DNA of 64,000 bases from Bdellovibrionota bacterium (GCA_050950765.1 JBMNIF010000002.1:416001-480000); one strand, 5' to 3'; counted from the first letter of the stretch, positions 49,589 through 59,550 are shown. The notes: generated by a model from the letters alone, not told the origin. Translations and numbers: made by a program.

Positions 49589-50746
49589 TTATTTTTCTGA
49601 TCTTTCAAGATTAAGTTCTACCCAAATCAAAGCGTGATCGGAGGCGTTCTCAGGATAATAAACCAGACCACTTTTAAAGTTGCCCTTTTTACCTTTTTTC
49701 TCCAAAGCGTATTTCAAAGATTCCTTTGGTAAAAGGATATCATCCAGCCAGTAATATTTTTTTCGATACCTTAATGTGCCACTCAAAGCAGCTTCCTTCG
49801 GATCGTTTATTAAAACACTATATAGACTCCGCTCTGCTTTAGCCTTTTCTTTACAAAGTGGCATACCTTTTTTTGTAACAACACAAGCGCCGCCACGTTT
49901 AAAATCTTTAAGTGTTAATTTACCCTCTAAGATCTTAGCAGCAGCCGTGTCATAATTCCCATTCCTATCCCCAAGCAAGACCAAGATCACCTCTCCTGAT
50001 CTTACGAGCTCACCGTACTTAACCTTAACGATCTGACGCAACGCCTCTGCCATCTCCATACGCGCCGTTTCAAACTCAAGTCCCGCCGGATCACTTCCCC
50101 ATCTACTACTACGCGATTTAAAATGAATATTCTCTAGCACCAAAATCTTTTGCTGCTGTCGTCCGACCCTTAACTGCACCTCAAAAGGCCCCCTTGAAAA
50201 GCGACGCTGCTTCTGACCTGCAGAAAGTTTTGGCAATTCCGTTTTGTAATAAGAGTTAGTTTTAATTATCTGCGCACTATCCGACGCTACTAAATAACCG
50301 GATCTTAAATTAGGATCATTACTATCACCGACTAACGCTTTAAAGTGTCGTCCCGTCTCTAAGCTCAACAATTTCGCTAACCTTTCAAGAGCACGTTGCC
50401 CCTCTCTTTTTGAAGGTGCCAGCACCTCTTGCACAGCAATAATATCACAGTGCGCCGCCACAAAACGGTTGATTAAAGCACGCTCTTTTAACTCTAAACC
50501 ACTCTGCGTCATTTTTTTTGAACGCTTTTTTACATTAAAGAGAGCTCCGTAGTTTTCAAGGTTTTGACTACAAACTACGATCTGATCTTGTCCCAACCAA
50601 GTTGTTTGTTGCGGTTTTTTTCGTGAAGTTAAAAAAGCTTCTTCATTTAAAAGTAGAGCAACAACAAGTAGGATAAAAGCAACGATAAGAAGTATGAAGA
50701 TAAGAGATCTAACCTTGCGTTTTCGTATTTCGGTATCTTTACTCAC
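49589..50746 (-). CDS. Membrane-anchored endonuclease/exonuclease/phosphatase-family protein
   Basis: SQNLENY, DIIAVQEV, NIHFKS, LLGDRN, LDDIL, SDHALI. Confidence 0.85.
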   Translation of the reverse strand: MSKDTEIRKRKVRSLIFILLIVAFILLVVALLLNEEAFLTSRKKPQQTTWLGQDQIVVCSQNLENYGALFNVKKRSKKMTQSGLELKERALINRFVAAHCDIIAVQEVLAPSKREGQRALERLAKLLSLETGRHFKALVGDSNDPNLRSGYLVASDSAQIIKTNSYYKTELPKLSAGQKQRRFSRGPFEVQLRVGRQQQKILVLENIHFKSRSSRWGSDPAGLEFETARMEMAEALRQIVKVKYGELVRSGEVILVLLGDRNGNYDTAAAKILEGKLTLKDFKRGGACVVTKKGMPLCKEKAKAERSLYSVLINDPKEAALSGTLRYRKKYYWLDDILLPKESLKYALEKKGKKGNFKSGLVYYPENASDHALIWVELNLERSEK

Positions 50747-50785
50747 TTTTTAAAAGTCCTTATTCGCTATAACGCGCAATAATAT

Positions 50786-51448
50786 TCAAGAACACTGCAT
50801 CTCTGTTTTTATCTTCATAATCTGTCGCATACCGCTACGCCGTTGTCTTTGACTCTCTTCAAAAAGGGTATCCACACCTACCCCCGTTTGTTCTGCTACA
50901 TTTATACGCGTTAAAGCCAAACGCCCCACCAAGAGAGCATCTACAATATCTTGATTCTTTTTTAAATTGGTAGGCTCAACATCAAAACCGATCTTCTGCA
51001 ACTCCGCTGCATATAGGCGTGAAACACCGTGTGTTGCTATATCTTTTACCTTAACCCGACTAACTTGAGCTCCCTTAAGCCCTAAGATCTCATGTTGCAC
51101 AGATCGGGGGTGCACCCTACCTGGCACACACACCTCTCGCGATCGCGCCAACGTTTCGAACATCCCTCTAATCTGCTCAAGAATTAAGGCAGACCTCGGA
51201 TCACGCATAGTCGTTGCTGCTTCACAAACTAAAAAGTCACCCTCTTTGAGATCGACCTGCTCTAAGATCTGTACAATTCGTTCCTGAATATCAACTAAAC
51301 GTTTAGCTAGAGAGACGGTAGAGGGCAGAGACTTGACCTTTCCGACACCAAGCACATCCCCTGTCTGGATAGAAAAGAGCGCCCAGCCACTACACGTTAA
51401 GCTTGGATCTACAGAAAATAATTTTTGTTGAATAACTTTTGCTGCCAC
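50786..51448 (-). CDS. RuvC-like Holliday junction resolvase-fold nuclease
   Basis: FSVDPSLTCSGWA, LVCEA, DIVDALLVG acidic catalytic pattern. Confidence 0.7.
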   Translation of the reverse strand: MAAKVIQQKLFSVDPSLTCSGWALFSIQTGDVLGVGKVKSLPSTVSLAKRLVDIQERIVQILEQVDLKEGDFLVCEAATTMRDPRSALILEQIRGMFETLARSREVCVPGRVHPRSVQHEILGLKGAQVSRVKVKDIATHGVSRLYAAELQKIGFDVEPTNLKKNQDIVDALLVGRLALTRINVAEQTGVGVDTLFEESQRQRRSGMRQIMKIKTEMQCS

Positions 51449-51581
51449 ACCTTACAATATAGCAAGTTCGGATCTTTGTCGGAAGTCACCGAATAAAAAG
51501 AATTTACCAAAGGGTAAAAAAGAGGCGGTTATCCGCTTAATATACCATAAAAAACGAAGTTGTATCGACAGAAAGAGATTA

Positions 51582-52526
51582 TTGCATTATCCTCGCACAA
51601 CAATATTATCACGTAAATTTTATCAATATATTCTTATGGATCAGGAAGGAATCGTACAACTTTACAAGGGTATTCGACGCATTAGACGTTTTGAAGAAGA
51701 GGTTGTGCTGCTCTGCCAAGAGCAGGCACTTTCAACTTCATTTCTCTCATACCGCAACCAAGAAGCTATCGCCGTTGGAGCAACCTCCGTTATCGAAGCG
51801 GATGATTTTATTATTAGCTCCGGTTGTTGCCATGGACTCTTCCTTGCACGTGGCGGTGCTATGGCGCAACTCTTTTCGGAGCTACTTGGTAAAGAGAGCG
51901 GCTGTTGTGGCGGGAATGCTGGAATTACAAATGTTTTTGATGTAGAGCACCGTTATATCGGTGGTTGGGCGCTTAGTGCGACACAGATCCCGATAGCTGC
52001 CGGTTTTGCTTATGCTCAAGTGCATCACGCTGTCCCAAATGTAACGCTCTGTTTTTTATCAAACGCAGACCTCGCTAACGGACTTTTTTATGAAACAGCA
52101 GCGTTGGCAAAGTTGTGGGAGATACCTCTTATTTTTATAGTTCAAAACTGTCACCAAAACTTTACGGATTATCAACGTGCCCGCCCATCCTTATTAACTG
52201 CGGCATACGGCAATAATCACGAAAACATTGACGGACATGATATCTTCGCTGTTCGTGCTGCCGTCCACACTGCTGTAACGGCAGCTAGAGAAAATCGTAC
52301 TGCAACCATAGTTGAAGCACATACACTTTTATCTGATCCTAAGCTACAAGAACCTTCTAAGGTAGATCCATTATCAATACTTGCCGCTAAGATCGCAGTT
52401 TTCGGAAAAGAGGAGGCTAAAGCAACAGCAGATCAAGAGATAGAAGTAGAAATTACACAAGCAAAACACCTTGCTGATTCTGCACCTCTCAAACAAAGTG
52501 AAGAGAATAGAGGAGATCTAACATGA
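51582..52526 (+). CDS. Pyruvate-dehydrogenase E1 alpha-like protein with degenerate motifs (likely start ATG 51636)
   Basis: IRRFEE, QEAIAVG, ELLGKESGCCGG, LWEIPLIFIV, IDGHDIFAV; the GDG motif is replaced by SNAD. Confidence 0.75.
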   Translation: MHYPRTTILSRKFYQYILMDQEGIVQLYKGIRRIRRFEEEVVLLCQEQALSTSFLSYRNQEAIAVGATSVIEADDFIISSGCCHGLFLARGGAMAQLFSELLGKESGCCGGNAGITNVFDVEHRYIGGWALSATQIPIAAGFAYAQVHHAVPNVTLCFLSNADLANGLFYETAALAKLWEIPLIFIVQNCHQNFTDYQRARPSLLTAAYGNNHENIDGHDIFAVRAAVHTAVTAARENRTATIVEAHTLLSDPKLQEPSKVDPLSILAAKIAVFGKEEAKATADQEIEVEITQAKHLADSAPLKQSEENRGDLT

Positions 52527-53506
52527 GAGAGCTTTCATTTACAGATGCCGTTACAGAAGCGTTATTTGCTGCCATGTCAGAAGATAGTAAAGTGCTAGCT
52601 TTTGAATGTACTTTTGAAAGAAACACCCCCACTGCAACTTGGAGTAAACTAATAGACACCTTTTCACCACAACGTGCCCGTTCCGTTAACGGATACACTA
52701 GCGCCGTTATCGGCACAGCTTTAGGAATGACCATTGCAGGGCTACGCCCCATTGTGCGCCTTGATTCACCGGCACAGATACTTTCAGCGTATCAATTTTT
52801 ATTTGATGCCGTTAGTAAACTTCCTCAGATCTCCGGCGGTAACCTCAATTCTCCACTAATCATCACCGCCCCTAGTGGTGCGGGCACCCCTTATGGTCCT
52901 CAACACGACGTGGCTATCGATACCTTAACAGCTATCATTCCGAACTTAAGTGTTGTAGTACCTTCCAACGCTTATGAAGCTAAAGGGCTTTTGTGTGCTT
53001 CCTTTCAAGAAGATCACCCCGTACTTATTTTAGAATCACCTCTTCTATACGATTCTCTGGCAGACACCCCTCAAGAAAGCTACTCTCTACCTTTAGAAGA
53101 GACTACTGTATTACGATCGGGGCACGATCTAACCCTGATTGCATGGGGGCATCACGTTAGACGTGCTTGCTACATAGCCGATCGACTCAATTCCGAGAAC
53201 ATCAAGTGCGATGTTTTAAATCTCAGGTCTCTTGCACCATTAGACCTAGACACCATCACACTTTCTGTTGAAAAAACACACCGTGTTGCTATTATAGATG
53301 ATGGTCCAACGCAGGCAGGCTTCGGAACCATTTTAGCGGCTATTATTCAACGTGAACTCTTTTCGCACCTGAAATCCCCGATAAAAGTTATCTCCTTTTG
53401 GGAGGAGTTGCCTCGTTATTTACCTAAGATTAAAGAATATGATACAGCATTTACTCACCGTTGTTTAACGGAATTAGTTGAAGAGCGTAATAAACGCCAA
53501 GTTTAA
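52523..53506 (+). CDS. Pyruvate-dehydrogenase E1 beta-like protein with degenerate motifs
   Basis: GLRPIV, GPQH, IPNLSVVVPSNAYEAKGLL, NLRSLAPLD..SVEKTHR. Confidence 0.78.
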   Translation: MRELSFTDAVTEALFAAMSEDSKVLAFECTFERNTPTATWSKLIDTFSPQRARSVNGYTSAVIGTALGMTIAGLRPIVRLDSPAQILSAYQFLFDAVSKLPQISGGNLNSPLIITAPSGAGTPYGPQHDVAIDTLTAIIPNLSVVVPSNAYEAKGLLCASFQEDHPVLILESPLLYDSLADTPQESYSLPLEETTVLRSGHDLTLIAWGHHVRRACYIADRLNSENIKCDVLNLRSLAPLDLDTITLSVEKTHRVAIIDDGPTQAGFGTILAAIIQRELFSHLKSPIKVISFWEELPRYLPKIKEYDTAFTHRCLTELVEERNKRQV

Positions 53507-53599
53507 AAAAAATAAGATGCGACATTTACTCGATGTTATTTAGTAATTAGTAAAGTTAAAGGAAAGTTTAAAAATAATTTTTAGGAACATAGAATAGCA

Positions 53600-54478
53600 G
53601 TGACACACCTTCGTTTACAAAATACATTTTTTTTCAGTGCACTGGTGTCACTTCTACTCTTATCTGCTTGCTCATCTTCAAAAACAGAACCCCCTTTAAA
53701 TGAAGATCCTCCACAGGAAAAAGAAGCTACTACCACAAAAACCCCTTCTGAGGAGGAGTTAAATAATTTTCAAGTGACCCTTGAGGATGGTTCTTCATTA
53801 GATATCTACTATCAAACACCAACTCGTCGCGACCTCGCTATCAACGTTGCCAATATGTTGCGCGAATGCCACAACAACTTTCTGGCTATTTTTGGAGAGC
53901 TGCCGCCATTTTCTACGACTATCGTTTTAGTCGATCGAGACCTTTTCTACGCTAAAACAGCATCGCCAGAGTGGATACACGCCCTCTACCATCGCGGTAA
54001 GATCTTCATACCGATTAGCCCTGATGAACCCATCGATTATATTCGCCTCTACCGCTCCCTAAAGCATGAATACACGCACTCCGTCGTTAATGTCCTTACG
54101 GAAGGGCAGTGTCCGGCTTGGATCGATGAGGGGCTGGCACAGTGGTTTGAAGGGGCTGATAAAAAAAGTGACCATTATATCTTAGCAAATTGGCTTAAAT
54201 CGCATAGAGCTATCTCGCTAGTGCGTCTACAAAAAGGTTTTGTAACCTTAAACGAAAAACAGGCTAAGGTCGGATATGCGCAATCATTTTTTGCAGTTCA
54301 AGATCTAATTAACACCTACGGGGTAAAAAGATTCCCGATCTATTTTGAATTCCTTAGACAGGAAAAGTCTCACCCTAGGAGAGCTTTTTTTAAAGCTTTC
54401 GGTCTTACGGAAAGGAGCTATGAAAAGAGATTACGCATCAAAATGAATAGATGGGCTATTAGTTACAGACGAACTTAA
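53600..54478 (+). CDS. Lipoprotein with a gluzincin / peptidase MA-like domain
   Basis: Lipobox LLLSAC; HEYTH and PAWIDEGLA. Confidence 0.82.
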   Translation: MTHLRLQNTFFFSALVSLLLLSACSSSKTEPPLNEDPPQEKEATTTKTPSEEELNNFQVTLEDGSSLDIYYQTPTRRDLAINVANMLRECHNNFLAIFGELPPFSTTIVLVDRDLFYAKTASPEWIHALYHRGKIFIPISPDEPIDYIRLYRSLKHEYTHSVVNVLTEGQCPAWIDEGLAQWFEGADKKSDHYILANWLKSHRAISLVRLQKGFVTLNEKQAKVGYAQSFFAVQDLINTYGVKRFPIYFEFLRQEKSHPRRAFFKAFGLTERSYEKRLRIKMNRWAISYRRT

Positions 54479-54594
54479 GCAAAAAACGTTAAAAAATAAC
54501 TCCCTTTAAGCGAAAAACCCTTATAAAATTACTATCATCTGGTGCAACTCTTTTTTTTAGAGTAACATTTGAGGATTACTCTGAGGATTTTCCA

Positions 54595-54975
54595 ATGAAT
54601 GAAAAGAACGATGATAAACAGAAATTTTTAGGTGTACCCTCAGCAACGAAGTCGCAAACCCTTCGGCACATCAACCCGCTTGGGATGCGCGTTGTAGTAC
54701 GAATTCCGAAAGAACAGAACGTTACCGAAGGTGGTTTATACCTACCGGAAGGCGCTAAAGAGAAGATGAACGAAAGTATCGTAGCTGAGGTGGTGGAAGT
54801 AGCAAGTGCTGTGGATGGAGATACGCAAGAGGAAACCAATATCAGTGGCATCCCCTTAGGTGCCTCCATCTTAATCCCGCGTCGATCTGGTGTGCAGATT
54901 CCTTGGGATGAAACTTTACGTATCGTTGATACCAAAGAAGTTCTCGCAATTATCAATAATATTGACATTACTTAA
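54595..54975 (+). CDS. GroES-like co-chaperonin family protein
   Basis: INPLGMRVVV, TEGGLYLPEGAKEK, AEVVEV, IVDTKEVLAII. Confidence 0.8.
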   Translation: MNEKNDDKQKFLGVPSATKSQTLRHINPLGMRVVVRIPKEQNVTEGGLYLPEGAKEKMNESIVAEVVEVASAVDGDTQEETNISGIPLGASILIPRRSGVQIPWDETLRIVDTKEVLAIINNIDIT

Positions 54976-54982
54976 GGGGAAG

Positions 54983-56020
54983 ATGAGCGGTTTTGATTTT
55001 TTACAAGGCATCTCTTACAACGATGTTAAAGTAGCATCATTGGAGAATACTATTGAAAGTTATATCCGCTATTACGCTTCAGGCAACGGACACACTGCGC
55101 GCGCCAAGCAACTCGACCTCTCTCATTTTATGACTTTTTTAACTCGTTTGCGTGGCTACACCTCCCCAGACAAACTTAAAGTCTCCGATTGGGATGCTTC
55201 ATCGGTGCAACGTTTCGTTGATGATTCATTAAGTAAGGGCGAAGCTCCTGCTACGGTAGCACGCAGATTGGCGACCTTAAAACATATGGGGCGCACCCTT
55301 TCAGAAACTATACCTGGCTTTATAAATCCAGCACGCGAAGTAAAAACGCCGAAGACTCGAGTTTTACGACCGAAATCCCTCCTACGCGAAGAGATCGTAG
55401 CCATCAGAGAAAAAGCACAAGCTAGACTGGAAGAAAAAAAATCCTTCACCAGATTGCGTAACGAAATACTTTTTCTATTATTACTCGACACAGGGTTAAG
55501 AGCTGATGAGGTTCGTCTTTTAAAATTGAGTCAGATTGATGAAAGCCTTGAATGGATTCATAACGTTAGAACTAAAGGGCGGCAATATCGTAACGTTTAT
55601 ATCACTTCTGAGATGCGTCCACTTTTAACACAATACCTTAAAGCACGAGAAGAAAAGTTGTTACAACTTTATAAAAAACTAACCCCCGCTGAAAGTCGTT
55701 CACTACCGCTATTTATCAGTGTTTATAAAGCTGTCCCCAATAAACCAGAATCCTTCTTTATGGGAGCAAAAACTATTTGGCGTGCTATAAACGAACTTTC
55801 TACAACTACACAACTGCATCCGCACCTACTTAGACACTCCTTTGCTATGGATCTTCTAAACCACTCTACCGATATCCGTTTAGTAGCGCAGGCTTTAGGA
55901 CATAGCGATATCCGTACCACTATGCGCTACACGGAAAGACGAGAAGAAGAGATCGCACAAGCTTTAGAAGCGAGTCGTGCCCTTGCGCGCGAGAGCGATA
56001 ACCCGAAGCACCGTTCTTAG
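54983..56020 (+). CDS. Tyrosine recombinase (XerC/XerD-like)
   Basis: Intact catalytic set: TGLRADE (R), RTKG (K), HLLRHSFA, LGHSDI, TMRYT (Y); N-terminal SAM-like domain. Confidence 0.92.
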   Translation: MSGFDFLQGISYNDVKVASLENTIESYIRYYASGNGHTARAKQLDLSHFMTFLTRLRGYTSPDKLKVSDWDASSVQRFVDDSLSKGEAPATVARRLATLKHMGRTLSETIPGFINPAREVKTPKTRVLRPKSLLREEIVAIREKAQARLEEKKSFTRLRNEILFLLLLDTGLRADEVRLLKLSQIDESLEWIHNVRTKGRQYRNVYITSEMRPLLTQYLKAREEKLLQLYKKLTPAESRSLPLFISVYKAVPNKPESFFMGAKTIWRAINELSTTTQLHPHLLRHSFAMDLLNHSTDIRLVAQALGHSDIRTTMRYTERREEEIAQALEASRALARESDNPKHRS

Positions 56021-56140
56021 TGTAATTAAAGAGGTACCCTCCTACTAGCGCTCACTTCTGTTTTTTTCTCTTAAAATATCCTACACTACCCTCTTGCAAT
56101 ACCTTTAAACAAAGCATGACCTTTTAATACAGGAGCCGCT

Positions 56141-57130
56141 ATGAAAGTTGCTGTCTTTAGTAACAAACCCGATGTGCTTACATTCCTAACTGATGCTAAT
56201 AAAGAAGCTCTGCATGAGTTAGTCTTTTTCAAACATGAACTAAACGCTTCAAGCGCTCTTTTTGCGGCAGGGTTTGATGCCGTTTGCGTCTTTGTTAATG
56301 ACAAGCTTGACAAACAAGCACTTCAAACACTTCGCGATGGCGGAACAAAGGTCGTCGCTTTGCGTGCCACTGGATACAACAATATCGATCTTGAAGCTGC
56401 TAAACAATTTGGGATTACTGTTGTGCGTGTTCCTGCCTATTCTCCATACGCCGTAGCCGAATATACGGTCGGGATGTTGCTTTCTATCAACCGCAAGATC
56501 TATCGCGGATATAATCGCGTCCGTGAAGGTAATTTTTCACTAGATGGGCTAATGGGCTACGATATTCACGATAAAACGATCGGCATAATCGGCACTGGAG
56601 AGATCGGATCTATCGTAGCTAAGATTATGCACGGTTTTGGCGCTCATATTTTAGCAACAGATAAGTTTCAAAATCAGGAATGCTTAAAATTAGGTGTTGA
56701 ATACACTGATCTAAAAACCTTATTTACACAATCTGATATCATCACCTTACACTGTCCACTGCTGCCTGAAACAAAACACTTAATAAATGAAGAATCAATT
56801 GCACAGATGAAGCACGGCGTTACGATTATTAACACCGGTCGCGGTGCTCTTATCGATACAGTTGCGGTTATCAAAGCTCTTAAATCAAAAAAGATAGAAG
56901 CTTTAGCACTTGATGTCTATGAAGAAGAAGCCGGACTTTTCTTTGAAGACCTTTCGGATGTGATTATTCAAGATGATGTTTTTACCCGTCTCTTAACATT
57001 CCCAAACGTCTTAATTACAGGGCATCAAGCCTTTTTTACAAAGGAAGCTGTTCAAAATATTGCAACCATAACGATAGAAAACCTTACTGCTCTGGAAAAA
57101 ACAGGCACATGTAAAAATATTATCTCATAA
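56141..57130 (+). CDS. ldhA: D-lactate dehydrogenase (2-hydroxyacid dehydrogenase)
   Basis: VCVFVND, RVPAYSPYAVAE, GIIGTGEIG, LHCPL, DVYEEE, TGHQAF. Confidence 0.93.
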   Translation: MKVAVFSNKPDVLTFLTDANKEALHELVFFKHELNASSALFAAGFDAVCVFVNDKLDKQALQTLRDGGTKVVALRATGYNNIDLEAAKQFGITVVRVPAYSPYAVAEYTVGMLLSINRKIYRGYNRVREGNFSLDGLMGYDIHDKTIGIIGTGEIGSIVAKIMHGFGAHILATDKFQNQECLKLGVEYTDLKTLFTQSDIITLHCPLLPETKHLINEESIAQMKHGVTIINTGRGALIDTVAVIKALKSKKIEALALDVYEEEAGLFFEDLSDVIIQDDVFTRLLTFPNVLITGHQAFFTKEAVQNIATITIENLTALEKTGTCKNIIS

Positions 57131-57242
57131 AGTAAGGCTCACACAGAGAAGTTTTTAAAAGAGGTTTGCAGTCTTATCTTTCACTTTGACAGGGGGGGAG
57201 ATCACTATACCTTTAGTATGTAAAAAACTCTTTCAAAAAAAA

Positions 57243-57674
57243 CTACTCGTACATATCTAAAAGTTTTATCAAAACTTGTGTGCGGATATCTTGTTTCATT
57301 TTTTCCCTTGAAATAATTCCGTTAAATTTATTATCAGAAGTAGTAACGGTTACTGCAAGCGCATTGTGCTTATCTTTAAGAGAGCCACTAAACACCCCCG
57401 CTAATTTAAGTTGTGTCAAGATACGCAACATCTTCGCATCATTTTTGTGCGATTTTGCATTAGTTATTTTCCATGCCAGATCAGGTTTTTTCTCAGACAC
57501 CACATCAATCACAATATCGGGAAAAACCTCTCCCTTCGTTGCAACAAAGGTGTTTTCAACCTCATACAACCACTTATTATAACCAACCTGCTCTATGGTC
57601 GGAAGAGATCGCGCAGAGAACTCATAAAGAGAGAGACAGATAAGACAAGTTAAAAATAAAAAGAGGTATTTCAT
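57243..57674 (-). CDS. Hypothetical exported protein
   Basis: Signal-peptide-like N-terminus. Confidence 0.6.
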   Translation of the reverse strand: MKYLFLFLTCLICLSLYEFSARSLPTIEQVGYNKWLYEVENTFVATKGEVFPDIVIDVVSEKKPDLAWKITNAKSHKNDAKMLRILTQLKLAGVFSGSLKDKHNALAVTVTTSDNKFNGIISREKMKQDIRTQVLIKLLDMYE

Positions 57675-57808
57675 GGATAGATTAGATGTCCGCCAAACTT
57701 CTAATAAGTTTACAGAGCCCTTTTATATTTTTCAAGGAGTAGCCCCTTTTCTCCGCATAAATACTTTAATCCTCTCCACAGAACCTTTTTACCTTAAGAA
57801 AAAAAACA

Positions 57809-58015
57809 CTAGCTATTCCTTTTTCCTTCAGAAAAAAACACCTGTGCTGCCTCAATTAGTTTTTTACCCTCCCCTCAAAAAAAAGCACTAGCTATTCCCT
57901 TTTTCCTTCAGAAAAAAAACACCTGTGCTAACTCCATTAACTTTTTTACCCTCCCTCCAAAAAAAGACCACTAGCTATTCCTTTTTCCTTCAGAAAAAAA
58001 CACCTGCGCTAACTT
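57809..58015. repeat. Three copies (periods 79 and 83 bp) of the 3' end of the CCA-type gene
   Basis: ctagctattcc(c)tttttccttcagaaaaaaacacctg at 57809, 57888 and 57971. Confidence 0.9.
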
Positions 58016-59329
58016 TATTAACTTGCTTTTTTCATTTCTTTCAGGATCATCCAAGACTAGCTCTTTAAGATAATTTAAGATCTTACCAACCTCAGGCCCA
58101 GCTTTAACCCCCATAGCGAGAATATCATCCCCTGAGACAGCTAGCTTTCCATAAGCAGGCTCTTCCAACCTCTTTTTTTCCTCTTCTAAAATTTCCAGAA
58201 AAGCGTGTTTTTGCGATAAAAACTCCTCTTGCCCCATAGCGGGAGAGATATCTGCCTCCTTAAAAAGTAACCAGTTATCCAACTCACTACCGAGATCGCG
58301 CATAATCCGACGCACACCTGCTGCACCGCAGGTAAAAGACCTCATATGTTGCGCCACCAACAGAGAAACCCTCCGAATATCTTCATTCGAATAACGTAAA
58401 CGCCGCATAACGGTATTACAGATCTCCACACTTTTTGCTTCATGACAGTAAAAATGTCGTCGCCCCCCATCATCGATAGAGAGTGTTTGCGTCTTTCCGA
58501 TATCATGAAAGAGCGCTGCCAATCTTAAGATCAGATCGCGCGGAGACCTTTCAATCACGTCGAGGGTATGCTCAAAAACATCATGAATATGAAACTCATT
58601 CTGCTCAAAACCGATAGCAGGCATTATCTCCGGCAAAACCACCTCAAGTAACCCCGTTTCATATAAAAGATGAAACGCCGCCCTCGCATATTCTGAAACA
58701 AGTATCTTTGAAAACTCTTCTCGAACCCGCTCTACACTAACAGAAGAGATTAAAGCCCGAGACCTCTTTGCCGCCTCTACCGTTTCTTCCGCAACACTTC
58801 TTCCCGCTGCCGCACCAAAACGCACCATGCGCAACAACCTTAACGGATCTTCTTTAAAACGTTCTTCAGCATCCCCTACACCACGAAGTATCTTTGAACG
58901 GAGGTCTGAAAGTCCGTCATAAGGATCAAGCACCCTCCGTGTTGCAATATTAAAAGCTAGCGCATTGATGGTAAAATCTCGTGCAGAGAGATCCTCTGCA
59001 ATATCTTCAGAAAACCCAAGCACACCTCGTGCTACCCGCTTCCTAAAAGTCGTTATCTCTACGGACTCCGTTCCAACAAGAGCCGTTACCGTTCCATGCA
59101 AAAGACCTGTCTCAATAACTCGCACTCCGCAACTTTTAAGCCTCTCGCCCACCTCATCTGGTGTTAAACGTGTAGCTAGATCAATATCTCCGTCTCTCTC
59201 ACCACAAGCCACCTCCCTAATAGTTCCGCCAACTATATGCAGTGCGGCGTCTTCCCCTAACGCCGTATAAAGGGTGGCGATAGGCTCCCTTGTAGTAAGT
59301 TCACTAAGATACTTTTCCAGATCTTCCAT
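57971..59329 (-). CDS. cca: CCA tRNA nucleotidyltransferase with an HD domain
   Basis: VGGTIRE..DIDLAT, TGLLHGTV, EITTFR, EDLSARDFTINA, EDPLRLLR, ALFHDIGK. Confidence 0.85.
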   Translation of the reverse strand: MEDLEKYLSELTTREPIATLYTALGEDAALHIVGGTIREVACGERDGDIDLATRLTPDEVGERLKSCGVRVIETGLLHGTVTALVGTESVEITTFRKRVARGVLGFSEDIAEDLSARDFTINALAFNIATRRVLDPYDGLSDLRSKILRGVGDAEERFKEDPLRLLRMVRFGAAAGRSVAEETVEAAKRSRALISSVSVERVREEFSKILVSEYARAAFHLLYETGLLEVVLPEIMPAIGFEQNEFHIHDVFEHTLDVIERSPRDLILRLAALFHDIGKTQTLSIDDGGRRHFYCHEAKSVEICNTVMRRLRYSNEDIRRVSLLVAQHMRSFTCGAAGVRRIMRDLGSELDNWLLFKEADISPAMGQEEFLSQKHAFLEILEEEKKRLEEPAYGKLAVSGDDILAMGVKAGPEVGKILNYLKELVLDDPERNEKSKLIKLAQVFFSEGKRNS

Positions 59330-59420
59330 AAGTTCCTCGTTTTAAAACGATATGGAGTGATATTTTTTCTGTCAAGAGCCACCTATTATACAGATTTTTT
59401 TACTAATTTCCGTGAGACAC

Positions 59421-59449
59421 TTGACACTTAAGCGGCTCCCTATTATCTT
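59421..59449 (+). promoter_or_regulatory. Sigma70 promoter of the tRNA-Ile/Ala unit
   Basis: TTGACA-N17-TATCTT. Confidence 0.75.
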
Positions 59450-59467
59450 CCCCTTTCGTGGTGATGT

Positions 59468-59544
59468 GGGTCAGTAGCTCAGTTGGTTAGAGTACATGCC
59501 TGATAAGCATGGGGTCGGTAGTTCAACTCTACCCTGACCCACCA
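59468..59544 (+). tRNA. tRNA-Ile (GAT)
   Basis: GGGTCAG/CTGACCC acceptor stem, CATGC-CT-GAT-AA-GCATG anticodon arm, GTTCAA T-loop, encoded CCA. Confidence 0.97.
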
Positions 59545-59550
59545 TTTGTA

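Noticed and set aside
54983..56020. Integron integrase or prophage integrase
   Set aside because: No IntI-specific insertion was recognised, and there are no attC-flanked gene cassettes or phage genes nearby.
2106..57891. Numerous short antisense or overlapping ORFs in the track (e.g. 14340..14699, 20526..20837, 29267..29563, 39964..40284, 55156..55491, 32877..33098, 57673..57891)
   Set aside because: They are shadows of well-supported genes or low-complexity intergenic frames, with no recognisable motifs.
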